Part shown: piece by piece, positions 1 through 8,895 of the stretch
Layout of the letters: every line of letters starts with the position of its first letter
Position numbering within the stretch: the stretch's first letter is position 1
Source of the DNA: a bacterium
Lineage (GTDB): Bacteria > Krumholzibacteriota > Krumholzibacteriia > LZORAL124-64-63
DNA length: 29,664 nucleotides
Assembly (NCBI GenBank): GCA_031441465.1
Contig: JANOEP010000003.1
Span: 1-29,664, forward strand
Direction: 5' to 3'
Program-made: the position numbers and the translations under genes
Notes under the pieces: model-generated
What the model was told of the DNA's origin: nothing
The model's database searches: none
Seen by the model: the letters and a program-made list of their open reading frames with translations, nothing else

Positions 1-1
1 G

Positions 2-3000
2 GCCGCGGCCGCCCTGCGCGCCGGCGCCCCGCGCCGCCGCGCGCTGCGCCTCGGGGCGGCGGCGAGCCTCCTGCTGGGCGGACTCTGGCTCGCCGCGCCG
101 CTCGGCGTCGGCCGGGACGCCAGCTGGGAGCGCGACCGACAGGCGGGCCTCGACACTGAACTGCGCCGGGTCCAGACCGTCGTGCCGAGGCTCGCGGTGG
201 CGGCCGACAGCCTGATCGCGGCCGGCGCCGGGATCGTCCGCACCGACGGCGGTCCCGACCTCGCGGCGTTGCGGCGGCTGTGGCGCGACCGTGTGCCCGG
301 CGGCGACCGCTTCCCGCTGGCGCTGGCGATCTGGCGCGATGGAGAGCGGCTGGACTGGAGCGGCGACCTGGAGCCGTTCCCCCTGGCCGGGGCCGGTGTC
401 GGGCCGTCGGTGCGCGAAGGGCGCGACGGCTGGTACTGGCGGGGGGCGACCGCCGCCGGTGATGATCTGGTGGAGTGGCAGATCCGCCTGATCGCGGCCG
501 ACGGCACCGGTATGCCGGACGGGACCGTCTCGGCCCGCCTGGTGGAAGCCGCCGCGCCGGCTCAAGCGGGCTGGCAGGGCAACGCCCGCCGCGGCCTGTG
601 GCGCGTGGCGGACATCGCCCTGGACAGCGCGCCCGGCGACATGGCGCTGACCTTCCTGCGGCTCGACTACGCGGTGCCGCCCCGGCTCGCGGACCGCTCC
701 GGCGCCGCCGCCCGCGTGATGACCGCCATCCTGCTGCTGTGGTGTGCGGCGGTCGTCGGGCTGGGCCGCAGCCTGGCCGGCTCCGCGGGACTCGTCGTCG
801 GCCTGGCCCTGGGGCGCGGCTTGTGGCTGCTCGCGGGGCTGGTCGCGTGGATGAGGCAGGCGTTCCCCGGCGCGGCGGCCGATCACGGTCCCGGCGCCCT
901 GGGCAGCCTCGGCGATCCGACCTACTTCGCTTCGCGCTGGGGGGGCGGGCTGTTCGCGACGGCCCTGGATGCGCTGCTCACCTGCGCGCTGTTGGCCGCC
1001 GTGCTCGCGGTGGCGGCGTCGGCCTTCCGGCGGCGCCTGGCGGTCCGGGACGCGGGCGCGCTCCTGCGCGACCGGGTGGCGGCAGGGTTCACCGGCGCGG
1101 CGGCCGTCGCGATGCTCTGGCTGCTCGCGGAACTCGCCTCCCACCTGGCGGAAGGAGCCAACGCCCGGCTCATCGGCCCGAAGGTCCCGCTCGGTCACCT
1201 TTCGTTCTGGGTCCTGCACCTGGCGCTGCTGCTGCCCTCGTTGGGTTTGGCCGCCTGGCTGATCGGTGCGGTGGAGGGCCTGCGCGGCCGCCGCGGCGCG
1301 GGTCCCGCCTACCTGTCGGGCGCCGCGCTGACCGCCGCGCTCCTGGCTGCCGTCGGATTCGACAGGACGGCCGGGATGGCGGCCTCGACCGCGGTCTCGG
1401 CTTGGTCCTGGGCCGTGCCGCCGGCCGCCGCCGCCCTGACGGCGTTGGCCTGGTGGCGCGGCCGCTGGCGTCCGGCGGCCGACGACCCGGTGCGCCGCCT
1501 GGCCTGGCTGCTGCCCGTGCTCGTGGCCGTGGCCTGGAACTACGTCTCGCTGGCCCGCGGCTACGCGGCGGGCGAGACGGTGTGGCTGCAGGCCAAGGCC
1601 GACGAGATCGTGCAGCCCCAGCAGGACTGGGTGCGGTTCCTCATGGAGGACCTGCTGGCCGAGATCTCGGTGTCGGCCGCGGAGCTGCGCGACGTGCCCG
1701 ACGCGCACGCGCCCGACGCCGCCGCGCTCTGGCGTCACTGGTCGGCGTACACCTTGTGGCGCGAGGCGCGCATCGACGAGCTGCGGCTGCCCTGCCTGCT
1801 CGAACTCCTGGACGACGAGGGCGCCTCGCTCAGCCGCTTCGCCTCGGGATTCTTCCGCGATCAGGGTTACGAGATCGGCGGCCGGACGGCGTGGGAGAAC
1901 GGGCGGCCGCTGAACCTGGGGCCGGGCCGCTCGGCGCCCCTGTATCTGCAGACCGAGAGCCGACGCTACGCGGCCGGAGACGAGCACGTGCTGCGCGGCG
2001 AGGTGGCCGGCCCCGGCGGCGAGGGGTGGATCAGCCTCGAGTTGCCCGCGCAATCCCTACGCTGCGCGACGCTCCTGGACCGGCTGTCCGGCGCGGACGT
2101 CGACGCCGTCACGAGCGGCTACACGCCTCGGCTCGAGGTCGACCAGCCGCTGCTGCTGATGCGCGGCGACGCCCGCGGCTGGCGCGACACGGGCGGCGCG
2201 CCGGCGCCCGACAGCGGTTCCGAGGCGGCGATCGCCCGCCTGCGGGCGGTCGGCGGCTGGGGGCGCGTCCGCGTGGACGGGCGGCTCTACCGCTGCCTCT
2301 GGCGCGCCGGCGACGGCGGCGAGGGCTTCCTGCTCGGCGTGCGCATCCCGAGTTTCGGCGACCGCCTGCTCGACCTGTCGCGACTGGCCCTGCTGGACCT
2401 GCTGCTGGCGGGCGGACTCGGGCTCGTCGCCCTGGCAGCGAACGTGCTCCTGCGCCGCCGCGTGTCGGGAGGGCTGGGCTTCCAGGAACGCTTCCTCGCG
2501 GTGTCGCTGGTGCTGGGCCTGCTGCCGCTGCTGCTGGCCGGCACCTTCATCGACCGTCTGAGTCGCGAGTGGCTCGCCGAAGGGGCGCGGGACGTGGCGC
2601 GCGGCGGCATGGAAGCGGCCGAGGAACAGTTGCAGGGCTTGCTGGCCGAGCAGGCCCGCGCCCTGGCGGCGAGCGACTACATCGCCGACCTGCTGGCCAG
2701 CCGACTCTCCGGCCAGCGGCCGCTGGGCCCGTTCTCCACGCGCCAGGGCATGATCTTCACCGCCGACGGCGACCTGCTGCTGGACGAGACGCTCAGCGAT
2801 CTTGACCACGACGAGGCCGCGTTGCTGCTGGACCAGGCGCGCTCGTCGTCGCTCGTGCTGATGCGCGACGACCTGGGCGTCTACCTGGGCACGCTCATCC
2901 CGGTGGACCTCTCGGCGGCGCCCGAGGACAGCGCGAGCGGCGACGACGCGTCGCTGGCCGGACCGGTGGCCCGCCGCCGCGACGGTTGGTTCTTCTACCG

Positions 3001-4636
3001 CCAGCGCGTCGACACCGACCTGATGTCGGGGCTCGGCGACGTGATCCAGGGCGAGGCGACGCTCTACGCCGGCGGCGAAGCCCTGTTGGCCAGCCACCCC
3101 GAGCAGGTCTTCGCCGGGCGGACGCCGCTGGTGCTCGCCGCGGCCACGCTCGACCGCCTGCGCCGCCAGCCCGGCAACATCCACGTCCAGCCCACGCCCG
3201 GCCGCCCGCACGCCTGGACCGGCATCCTGAGCCTGCCGGCGCTGGCCATCGACGACGCGACGGGATCGTTGCGGCTGGGGCAGCTGCCCGCCGCCCTCGC
3301 GGTGACCTTCTCGGCGCGGGCGCGCGACTTCGCCGGGCAGCGGGAACGCACGGTCCTGTTCCTGGCCGGTCTCGCCACGCTGATCTTCGTGACCGCCGCC
3401 CTGCTCGCGCTGGTGCTGACGTGGAAGATCTTCGATCCGGTGCGGGTGCTGGTGAACGCGACGCGCCGGCTCGCGGCCGGCGACTTCGCCGCGCCGCTTC
3501 CCGAGCCCGGCCGCGACGAGATCGGCCGGTTGAGCGCCAGCTTCGGTGCCATGCGCGACGACCTGCGCACCGCGCAGCGGGCGCTGGCCGAACGTGAACG
3601 CTTCCTCGCCCGGCTGCTCGAACGCGTCCCTGTCGGCGTCGCGGTGTTCGACGCCGACGACCGGGTCGTCACGGTGAACCCCGCCGCGCGGTCCATCATC
3701 GAAGCCTTCTACGCCGGCGACGAACCGGAAGCCGGCCTTCACGGCGCCGACGACCGCGCCGTGCGCCTGCTGGCGGGATTCCGGGAGCGCATCCCCGAGG
3801 AACCCGGCGAGGCGGAACTGACCGCACTCGGCCGTTCGCGGACACTGCGCGGTCGGCTCGCGCCGCTGGACCTGCCCGGCGGCCGGCGCGACCGCATGCT
3901 GGTGTTCGAGGACGTCACGGAGTTCCTGGAGAACCAGCGGTTGGCCATGAACGCCCAGCTGGCGCGCCAGGTCGCTCACGAGATCAAGAACCCGCTGACC
4001 CCGATCCAACTCTCGGTCCAGTTCCTGCAGCAGGCCTGGCGCGACCGGGCCGAGAACCTGGACGAATTGCTGGAAGCGACCGTCCGCCAGGTGCTCGAGC
4101 AGGTCGAACTGCTGCGGACCATCGCCACGGAGTTCAGCCTGCTCGGCCGGCCCGACCCGCCGCCCGGCGCGCCGGTGTCCTTCCCGGCGGTCGTGCGCGG
4201 CGTCGTCGCCCGTTACCGAACCCCCGGCGGCGGGGGTCCGGAGGTGGCCGGTCTGGACCGCGACGAGGTGCCCCTGGTGCTGGGCCATGCCGATTCGCTG
4301 GCCAAGGTCGTCGGGAACCTGCTGGAGAACAGCCTGCAGGCCGCGGCCGGGCACGCGCCCCTGACCGTGACCGTCGACTGGCGCGTGACGCCGGACACCG
4401 TCACGCTGCTGTGGGCCGACAACGGGCCGGGTCTGTCGCCCGAGGTGGCCGATCGGCTGTTCGACCTTTATTTTTCCACCAAGAGCCGCGGCACCGGACT
4501 GGGCCTCTCGATCTGCCGCAACCTCCTGACGCTGATGCAGGGTTCCATCACCCTGGGCAACCGTCCGGATACCGCCGGGGTTCTCGCCGAAGTGACCCTG
4601 CCGCGCGCGGACGCGCCGCCGGCGCCCCGCCTTTGA
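2..4636 (+). CDS. Large multi-pass membrane sensor histidine kinase, NtrY-like (HAMP-PAS-HisKA-HATPase_c), 5'-truncated
   Basis: The frame of ORF 182..4636 stays open back to base 2 (AAAALRAG...LLLGGLWLAAPLG), so the true start is outside the window. It has many hydrophobic segments, a HAMP (PVRVLVNATRRLAAGDF...DEIGRLSASFGAM), a PAS-like region (VPVGVAVFDADDRVVTVNPAA), H-box LARQVAHEIKNPLTPIQL (His codon 3977), N-box NLLENS, and G-boxes DNGPG and TKSRGTGLGL. Confidence 0.92.
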   Translation, partial: AAAALRAGAPRRRALRLGAAASLLLGGLWLAAPLGVGRDASWERDRQAGLDTELRRVQTVVPRLAVAADSLIAAGAGIVRTDGGPDLAALRRLWRDRVPGGDRFPLALAIWRDGERLDWSGDLEPFPLAGAGVGPSVREGRDGWYWRGATAAGDDLVEWQIRLIAADGTGMPDGTVSARLVEAAAPAQAGWQGNARRGLWRVADIALDSAPGDMALTFLRLDYAVPPRLADRSGAAARVMTAILLLWCAAVVGLGRSLAGSAGLVVGLALGRGLWLLAGLVAWMRQAFPGAAADHGPGALGSLGDPTYFASRWGGGLFATALDALLTCALLAAVLAVAASAFRRRLAVRDAGALLRDRVAAGFTGAAAVAMLWLLAELASHLAEGANARLIGPKVPLGHLSFWVLHLALLLPSLGLAAWLIGAVEGLRGRRGAGPAYLSGAALTAALLAAVGFDRTAGMAASTAVSAWSWAVPPAAAALTALAWWRGRWRPAADDPVRRLAWLLPVLVAVAWNYVSLARGYAAGETVWLQAKADEIVQPQQDWVRFLMEDLLAEISVSAAELRDVPDAHAPDAAALWRHWSAYTLWREARIDELRLPCLLELLDDEGASLSRFASGFFRDQGYEIGGRTAWENGRPLNLGPGRSAPLYLQTESRRYAAGDEHVLRGEVAGPGGEGWISLELPAQSLRCATLLDRLSGADVDAVTSGYTPRLEVDQPLLLMRGDARGWRDTGGAPAPDSGSEAAIARLRAVGGWGRVRVDGRLYRCLWRAGDGGEGFLLGVRIPSFGDRLLDLSRLALLDLLLAGGLGLVALAANVLLRRRVSGGLGFQERFLAVSLVLGLLPLLLAGTFIDRLSREWLAEGARDVARGGMEAAEEQLQGLLAEQARALAASDYIADLLASRLSGQRPLGPFSTRQGMIFTADGDLLLDETLSDLDHDEAALLLDQARSSSLVLMRDDLGVYLGTLIPVDLSAAPEDSASGDDASLAGPVARRRDGWFFYRQRVDTDLMSGLGDVIQGEATLYAGGEALLASHPEQVFAGRTPLVLAAATLDRLRRQPGNIHVQPTPGRPHAWTGILSLPALAIDDATGSLRLGQLPAALAVTFSARARDFAGQRERTVLFLAGLATLIFVTAALLALVLTWKIFDPVRVLVNATRRLAAGDFAAPLPEPGRDEIGRLSASFGAMRDDLRTAQRALAERERFLARLLERVPVGVAVFDADDRVVTVNPAARSIIEAFYAGDEPEAGLHGADDRAVRLLAGFRERIPEEPGEAELTALGRSRTLRGRLAPLDLPGGRRDRMLVFEDVTEFLENQRLAMNAQLARQVAHEIKNPLTPIQLSVQFLQQAWRDRAENLDELLEATVRQVLEQVELLRTIATEFSLLGRPDPPPGAPVSFPAVVRGVVARYRTPGGGGPEVAGLDRDEVPLVLGHADSLAKVVGNLLENSLQAAAGHAPLTVTVDWRVTPDTVTLLWADNGPGLSPEVADRLFDLYFSTKSRGTGLGLSICRNLLTLMQGSITLGNRPDTAGVLAEVTLPRADAPPAPRL

Positions 4637-4664
4637 AACACGAAGCACCGGAACGGAGGGCGAC

Positions 4665-5345
4665 GTGAGCCGCCTGTCGAGCTTGGGAGCATGGTTCGCC
4701 GTGATCGCCGCGCCGGTCCTGACGGCGTGGGTTCCGGCGGCGCCGGCCGTCGCCTCGCCCGTCACCGTCGCCCGCCTGCAGTACGGGGGGGGGGACTGGT
4801 ACTGCGATCCCAGCTCCCTGCCGAACTGGCTGAGCGCATTCGCGGCGCGCACCGGCGCCGACATCGCCGAGTCGCCCGCGACCGTGTCGATGGACAGCGA
4901 GGACCTGTACCGTTACCCGCTGCTCTACCTCGTGGGCCACGGCGGGATCGACCTCACCGACCGCGAAGTGGGCGAGCTGCGGCGTTACCTGGACGCGGGC
5001 GGCTTCCTCTACGCCAACGACAACTACGGTCTCGACGCCGCGTTCCGGGCGCTGATGGCCCGCGTCTTTCCCGAGACGCCCCTGCGTCCGCTGGGCTCCG
5101 AACACCCGATCTACCACTGCTTCTACGACCTGCCGGGACTGCCCAAGATCCACGAGCACGACGGGGCGCCCGCGCAGGGCTTCGGCATCGAGCGCGAAGG
5201 TCGGCTGGTCGTGTTCTACTCCTGGTCGAGCGACATCGGCGACGGCCTGGAGGACCCGCAGGTCCACGGCGATCCGCCGGAGGCGCGCGAAGCGGCGGCC
5301 CGCATGGCCGTCAACATCCTGACCTACGCCCTGACCCGGCCCTGA
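4665..5345 (+). CDS. DUF4159 domain-containing exported protein
   Basis: GTG start after SD GGAGG; signal-peptide-like N-terminus. Motifs RLQYGGGDWY, YPLLYLVGHG, LRRYLDAGGFL, HPIYHCFYD, PKIHEHDG, DIGDGLED and MAVNILTYAL match my recollection of DUF4159. Confidence 0.85.
   Translation: MSRLSSLGAWFAVIAAPVLTAWVPAAPAVASPVTVARLQYGGGDWYCDPSSLPNWLSAFAARTGADIAESPATVSMDSEDLYRYPLLYLVGHGGIDLTDREVGELRRYLDAGGFLYANDNYGLDAAFRALMARVFPETPLRPLGSEHPIYHCFYDLPGLPKIHEHDGAPAQGFGIEREGRLVVFYSWSSDIGDGLEDPQVHGDPPEAREAAARMAVNILTYALTRP
4785..4794 (+). repeat. G10 homopolymer tract inside the DUF4159 gene
   Basis: tac GGG GGG GGG Gac: ten consecutive G, read directly from the sequence. Confidence 0.9.
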
Positions 5346-5355
5346 AAGGCGATCC

Positions 5356-8300
5356 GTGACCGAGCGCGAACCCACCCTCCGCTTCCGCGACGACGCGCGG
5401 CGCCTGCTGCAGCGGGCGCGCCGTCGCGTGCTGGCGCGGGGGGCGGCCCAGGCGGCGGCCGGGATCGCGCTGCTGACCGCCTGGTGCGCGCTGCTGCTGG
5501 GTTGGCCCGCGGTCGCGCCGACGGCCGCGAGGGCCGCGGCCGCCGTCGTGTGGTGGCTGGGCTGCGCGTGGCTGATCGCGGACCTGGTGGCCGCGCCCCT
5601 GGCGGACTTGGGCGGTCTCGCACGCTTCTGCGACCGGGTCGATCGCACCGCCGGCTGCGGCAACCGCCTGGTGGCGGCCGAGGAAGCCGCGCGCCGGCCC
5701 GATCGCTGGCGGGCGTCGCCGGTCGCGACGGAGCTGGCCGGCCGCGTGATCGCCGCCGCGGGGCGCGACCTCGCTGGACTGGATCCGGCCCGCGCGTCGG
5801 GCCTGCCGCCGCTGCGCGCCGCCGTCGTGCGCTGGTTGCTGGTCGTCGCCGCGCTGGCGCTGGGTGGCGCCCTGGCCGGTCCGGTGCTGGAGCGCGGCGT
5901 GCTGCGGCTCGCGCGGCCGGATCTCGACTTCGGCCCGGCGCCTCCGTCCGGTCTCTTCCTGGAGGCGGCCGAGGTGCGCATCGTCAGCGGCGCCGACGCG
6001 CGTCTGGCCGCCGTCGATTTCGGAAGTTCGACGCTGCCCGTCGCCTGCGAGGTGCGCAGCGAGCACGGCGCCTGGCGCGCGGTGGGCGCCGATCCCGTGC
6101 CGACGGCGGCGCCGGGCCCCGGCCGGCGTTTTGCGGCGAGGCTGGCCGGTGTGCGCGACGATCTGATCTACCGCTTCCGGCGTGGTGCGTTCACGACCGC
6201 CGAGGGTCGTCTGCGCGTGCTGCACCCGCCGCTGCCCCTGGCATTGTCGCTGTCGGTCACCCCACCGGCGTACACGGGCTTGCCGGCGCAGGAGCACCCG
6301 CTGGCGCCGTCGCGCCTCGAAGTCCCGGTCGGCAGTCGTCTGGAGTGGCGCGGTCGCGCGAACCACGACGTCGCGCAGGCGGCGATGGTGACGGCGGAGG
6401 GGGACTCGCTGCCCTGGAGCGCCGCGGGCGACGAGTTCCACGGCGGGTTGACCGTGGCGGGACCGCTCAGCTGGCGCCTGCGCCTGCGGGACGTCTCCGG
6501 ACTGGTCGGCCTGTCCGACGCGCCCCACGAGATCGCGGTGCGCCCGGACCGCGTACCCGTCGCCGAACTGGCGCGTGCCGGCGGCGGCGCCGACCTGCCG
6601 GGCGACGGGCGCATGAGCCTCGTCGCCCGAGCCGAGGACGACTACGGGCTCGCGGGGCTGGACCTGTTGCTGCGCCGCGAAGATCCTGCGGCGCCGCTGG
6701 ACACGGCTTGGGCCCGCCTGCCGGTCCTGGCCGCACGGGACGCGCCGGTCCGGGTCGAGGTGCAGGGCGGCGCGGCCGCCTTGACCGCGACCCCCGCCGG
6801 CGTCGCGACGCCTGAGCGCCTCGCCTGCGCACTGGACCTCGATGTGTCGCAGCTGGAATTCGTACCCGGCCAGACGCTGGCGCTCCTGCTCGAAGCGGCC
6901 GACAACCGGCGGCCGGGCCCACCGGGCCGCGGCCGATCGCGCGTCCTGCGCTTCACGCTGCCCTCGGCGGCCGAACTGCTGGCCGATCATCAGCAGGGAG
7001 AGCAGCAACGTCTCGAGGACCTGGCCGAACTCCAGCGCCAGGGCGGCGACCTGCGGGACGAACTCGCGCGGCTCGAGCGCGAACTCAAGAAGGACCCGCT
7101 GCCCGACTTCGCGCGCCGGCAGGAGATCGACGAGGCGCTGGCGCGCCAGAAGGCCCTGCAGTCGGGGCTCGAGGACCTGACCGACCGCCTGCGCCAGGAT
7201 CTGGACCGGCTGGCCGCGAGCAACCTCGCCTCGGTCGAGCTGGTCGAGCGGCTGGACCAGGTGGCCGAGTTGATGGACGAGATCCGCGACGAGAACCTCG
7301 ATCGCCTGCGCGACCAGCTGCAGGACGCGATGTCGCAGCTGGAGGAGCGCGAGGTCCAGGAGTCGGTGGCGGACGTCGCCCGGCGCCAGCAGGAATTCCT
7401 CGACCGGCTGGAGCGCGCTGCCGCGCTGCTCGAGCAGATGAAGCGCGAACAGGAGATGACGGCGTTGACCGCCCAGCTCGAACAGATGATGCGCGAGCAG
7501 TCGCAGCTGATGGACGCCGAGCGCGACGCCGAGGCGGCGGCGCGTCAGGAGGCCCTGTCCGAGGCGGTCCGCGAACTGGAACGGCAGTTGGAAGAGGCGC
7601 TCGCGGAGCTGGACGCGAAGGCGCCCCGGGACGACGCGTCCGCCGACCCCTCGACCGCGGAGCAGCCGCCGGCGGGAGAGTCGCCGTCCACCGAGGCCAT
7701 GCGGGAAGCGCTCGAGGCCGCGCTGAAGGAACTCGAGCAGGGCGACCTCGAAGAAGCCTTGCGGGAGGCCGCGGGTTCCCTGAAATCGCCCGACGCGCCG
7801 CCGCCGGGATCGCCGTCGCAGCAGGAGGCGATGCGGCGGCTCGCGTCGCTCTACAACGTGCTGCTGCAGGGGCAGCAGGCCATGCAGATGGCCATGCAGA
7901 ACTTCGCGGGCGAGTCGATGCGGCGTCTGGCCTTCGACCTGCTGGAGATTTCGCGGCGCCAGGAAACGCTGGCGGCCTCGATCCCCGCGGATCTGCGCGA
8001 CGTGCGCGCGCCCCAGCTGGCCCGCGACCAGAAGCGCCTGCTGCGCGCGACCGCGGCCCTGCGCGGCAGGCTCGAGGCGGCCCTCGGGACTTCCGGCGCG
8101 ATCCCCTTCCGCACGCTGCAGCAGCTGGACAAGCTGGTCGAAGGCATGCAGCCGGTCGTCGCTTCGCTCGACGCCGGCTGGGGGCAGCCGGCGCGCGACG
8201 GCGCGCGCAACAGCCTCGGGCAGATCAACCAGCTGGTGATGAACCTGCTGACCAGCGCCCAGATGGCGGGCGGCGGCGGCAGCGGCGCGATGTCGATGCC

Positions 8301-8895
8301 GATGCCGTCGTTGAGCCGGAGTCTGGAGCAGATGGCGCGCGAGCAGGCCGGTCTCAACGGCCTGACCGAGCAGCTCCGCCGCCAGATGGGGGAGCGGGGG
8401 ATGAGCCAGCAGATGCGGGCGCAGATGCAGCGCCTGCAGTCGGGTCAGCAGGGCGTGGCCCGCGGCATGGGCGAGGCCGCCGAGGCGCAGCGCGAAGCGC
8501 CCGAGGGCGAGCGGATCCTGGGCGACCTGCGCGAGCTGGCGCGCGAACTCGAAGGCGTTGCCAACTCGCTGGCCGCCGGCGAGATCGACGAACAGACGCT
8601 GCAGCGCCAGGAGCGGATCCTCGGCCGCATGCTCGACGCCAGGAATTCCGTGCGCAAGCGCGACTTCAGCCGTCGCCGGGAGAGCCGCGCCGCCGAAGAG
8701 GTGATGGCCCGCCAGCAGGGCGGCGACGGCGCCGACCCGGCGGAGTCGCCGCTCGCGCCTTGGCGTCTGCGCGCGGAGCAGCTCGACCGGGTGCCGGCGG
8801 AGTACCGCGACCTGGTCCGCCGCTACTTCGAAACGCTGCCGGGCCTCGACGCGCAGCGCGGACCGGACGGCGCCGCCGCGGAGGTCCGGCCGTGA
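5356..8895 (+). CDS. DUF4175-like membrane protein (N-terminal TMs, Ig-like domains, long coiled coil)
   Basis: 1179 aa with about 3 N-terminal hydrophobic helices. PPAYTG, AEDDYGL and AADN motifs, a long E/Q/L/R-rich coiled coil, RQERILGRMLDA..S.RKRD, and C-terminal VPAEYRDLVRRYF. Confidence 0.8.
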   Translation: MTEREPTLRFRDDARRLLQRARRRVLARGAAQAAAGIALLTAWCALLLGWPAVAPTAARAAAAVVWWLGCAWLIADLVAAPLADLGGLARFCDRVDRTAGCGNRLVAAEEAARRPDRWRASPVATELAGRVIAAAGRDLAGLDPARASGLPPLRAAVVRWLLVVAALALGGALAGPVLERGVLRLARPDLDFGPAPPSGLFLEAAEVRIVSGADARLAAVDFGSSTLPVACEVRSEHGAWRAVGADPVPTAAPGPGRRFAARLAGVRDDLIYRFRRGAFTTAEGRLRVLHPPLPLALSLSVTPPAYTGLPAQEHPLAPSRLEVPVGSRLEWRGRANHDVAQAAMVTAEGDSLPWSAAGDEFHGGLTVAGPLSWRLRLRDVSGLVGLSDAPHEIAVRPDRVPVAELARAGGGADLPGDGRMSLVARAEDDYGLAGLDLLLRREDPAAPLDTAWARLPVLAARDAPVRVEVQGGAAALTATPAGVATPERLACALDLDVSQLEFVPGQTLALLLEAADNRRPGPPGRGRSRVLRFTLPSAAELLADHQQGEQQRLEDLAELQRQGGDLRDELARLERELKKDPLPDFARRQEIDEALARQKALQSGLEDLTDRLRQDLDRLAASNLASVELVERLDQVAELMDEIRDENLDRLRDQLQDAMSQLEEREVQESVADVARRQQEFLDRLERAAALLEQMKREQEMTALTAQLEQMMREQSQLMDAERDAEAAARQEALSEAVRELERQLEEALAELDAKAPRDDASADPSTAEQPPAGESPSTEAMREALEAALKELEQGDLEEALREAAGSLKSPDAPPPGSPSQQEAMRRLASLYNVLLQGQQAMQMAMQNFAGESMRRLAFDLLEISRRQETLAASIPADLRDVRAPQLARDQKRLLRATAALRGRLEAALGTSGAIPFRTLQQLDKLVEGMQPVVASLDAGWGQPARDGARNSLGQINQLVMNLLTSAQMAGGGGSGAMSMPMPSLSRSLEQMAREQAGLNGLTEQLRRQMGERGMSQQMRAQMQRLQSGQQGVARGMGEAAEAQREAPEGERILGDLRELARELEGVANSLAAGEIDEQTLQRQERILGRMLDARNSVRKRDFSRRRESRAAEEVMARQQGGDGADPAESPLAPWRLRAEQLDRVPAEYRDLVRRYFETLPGLDAQRGPDGAAAEVRP

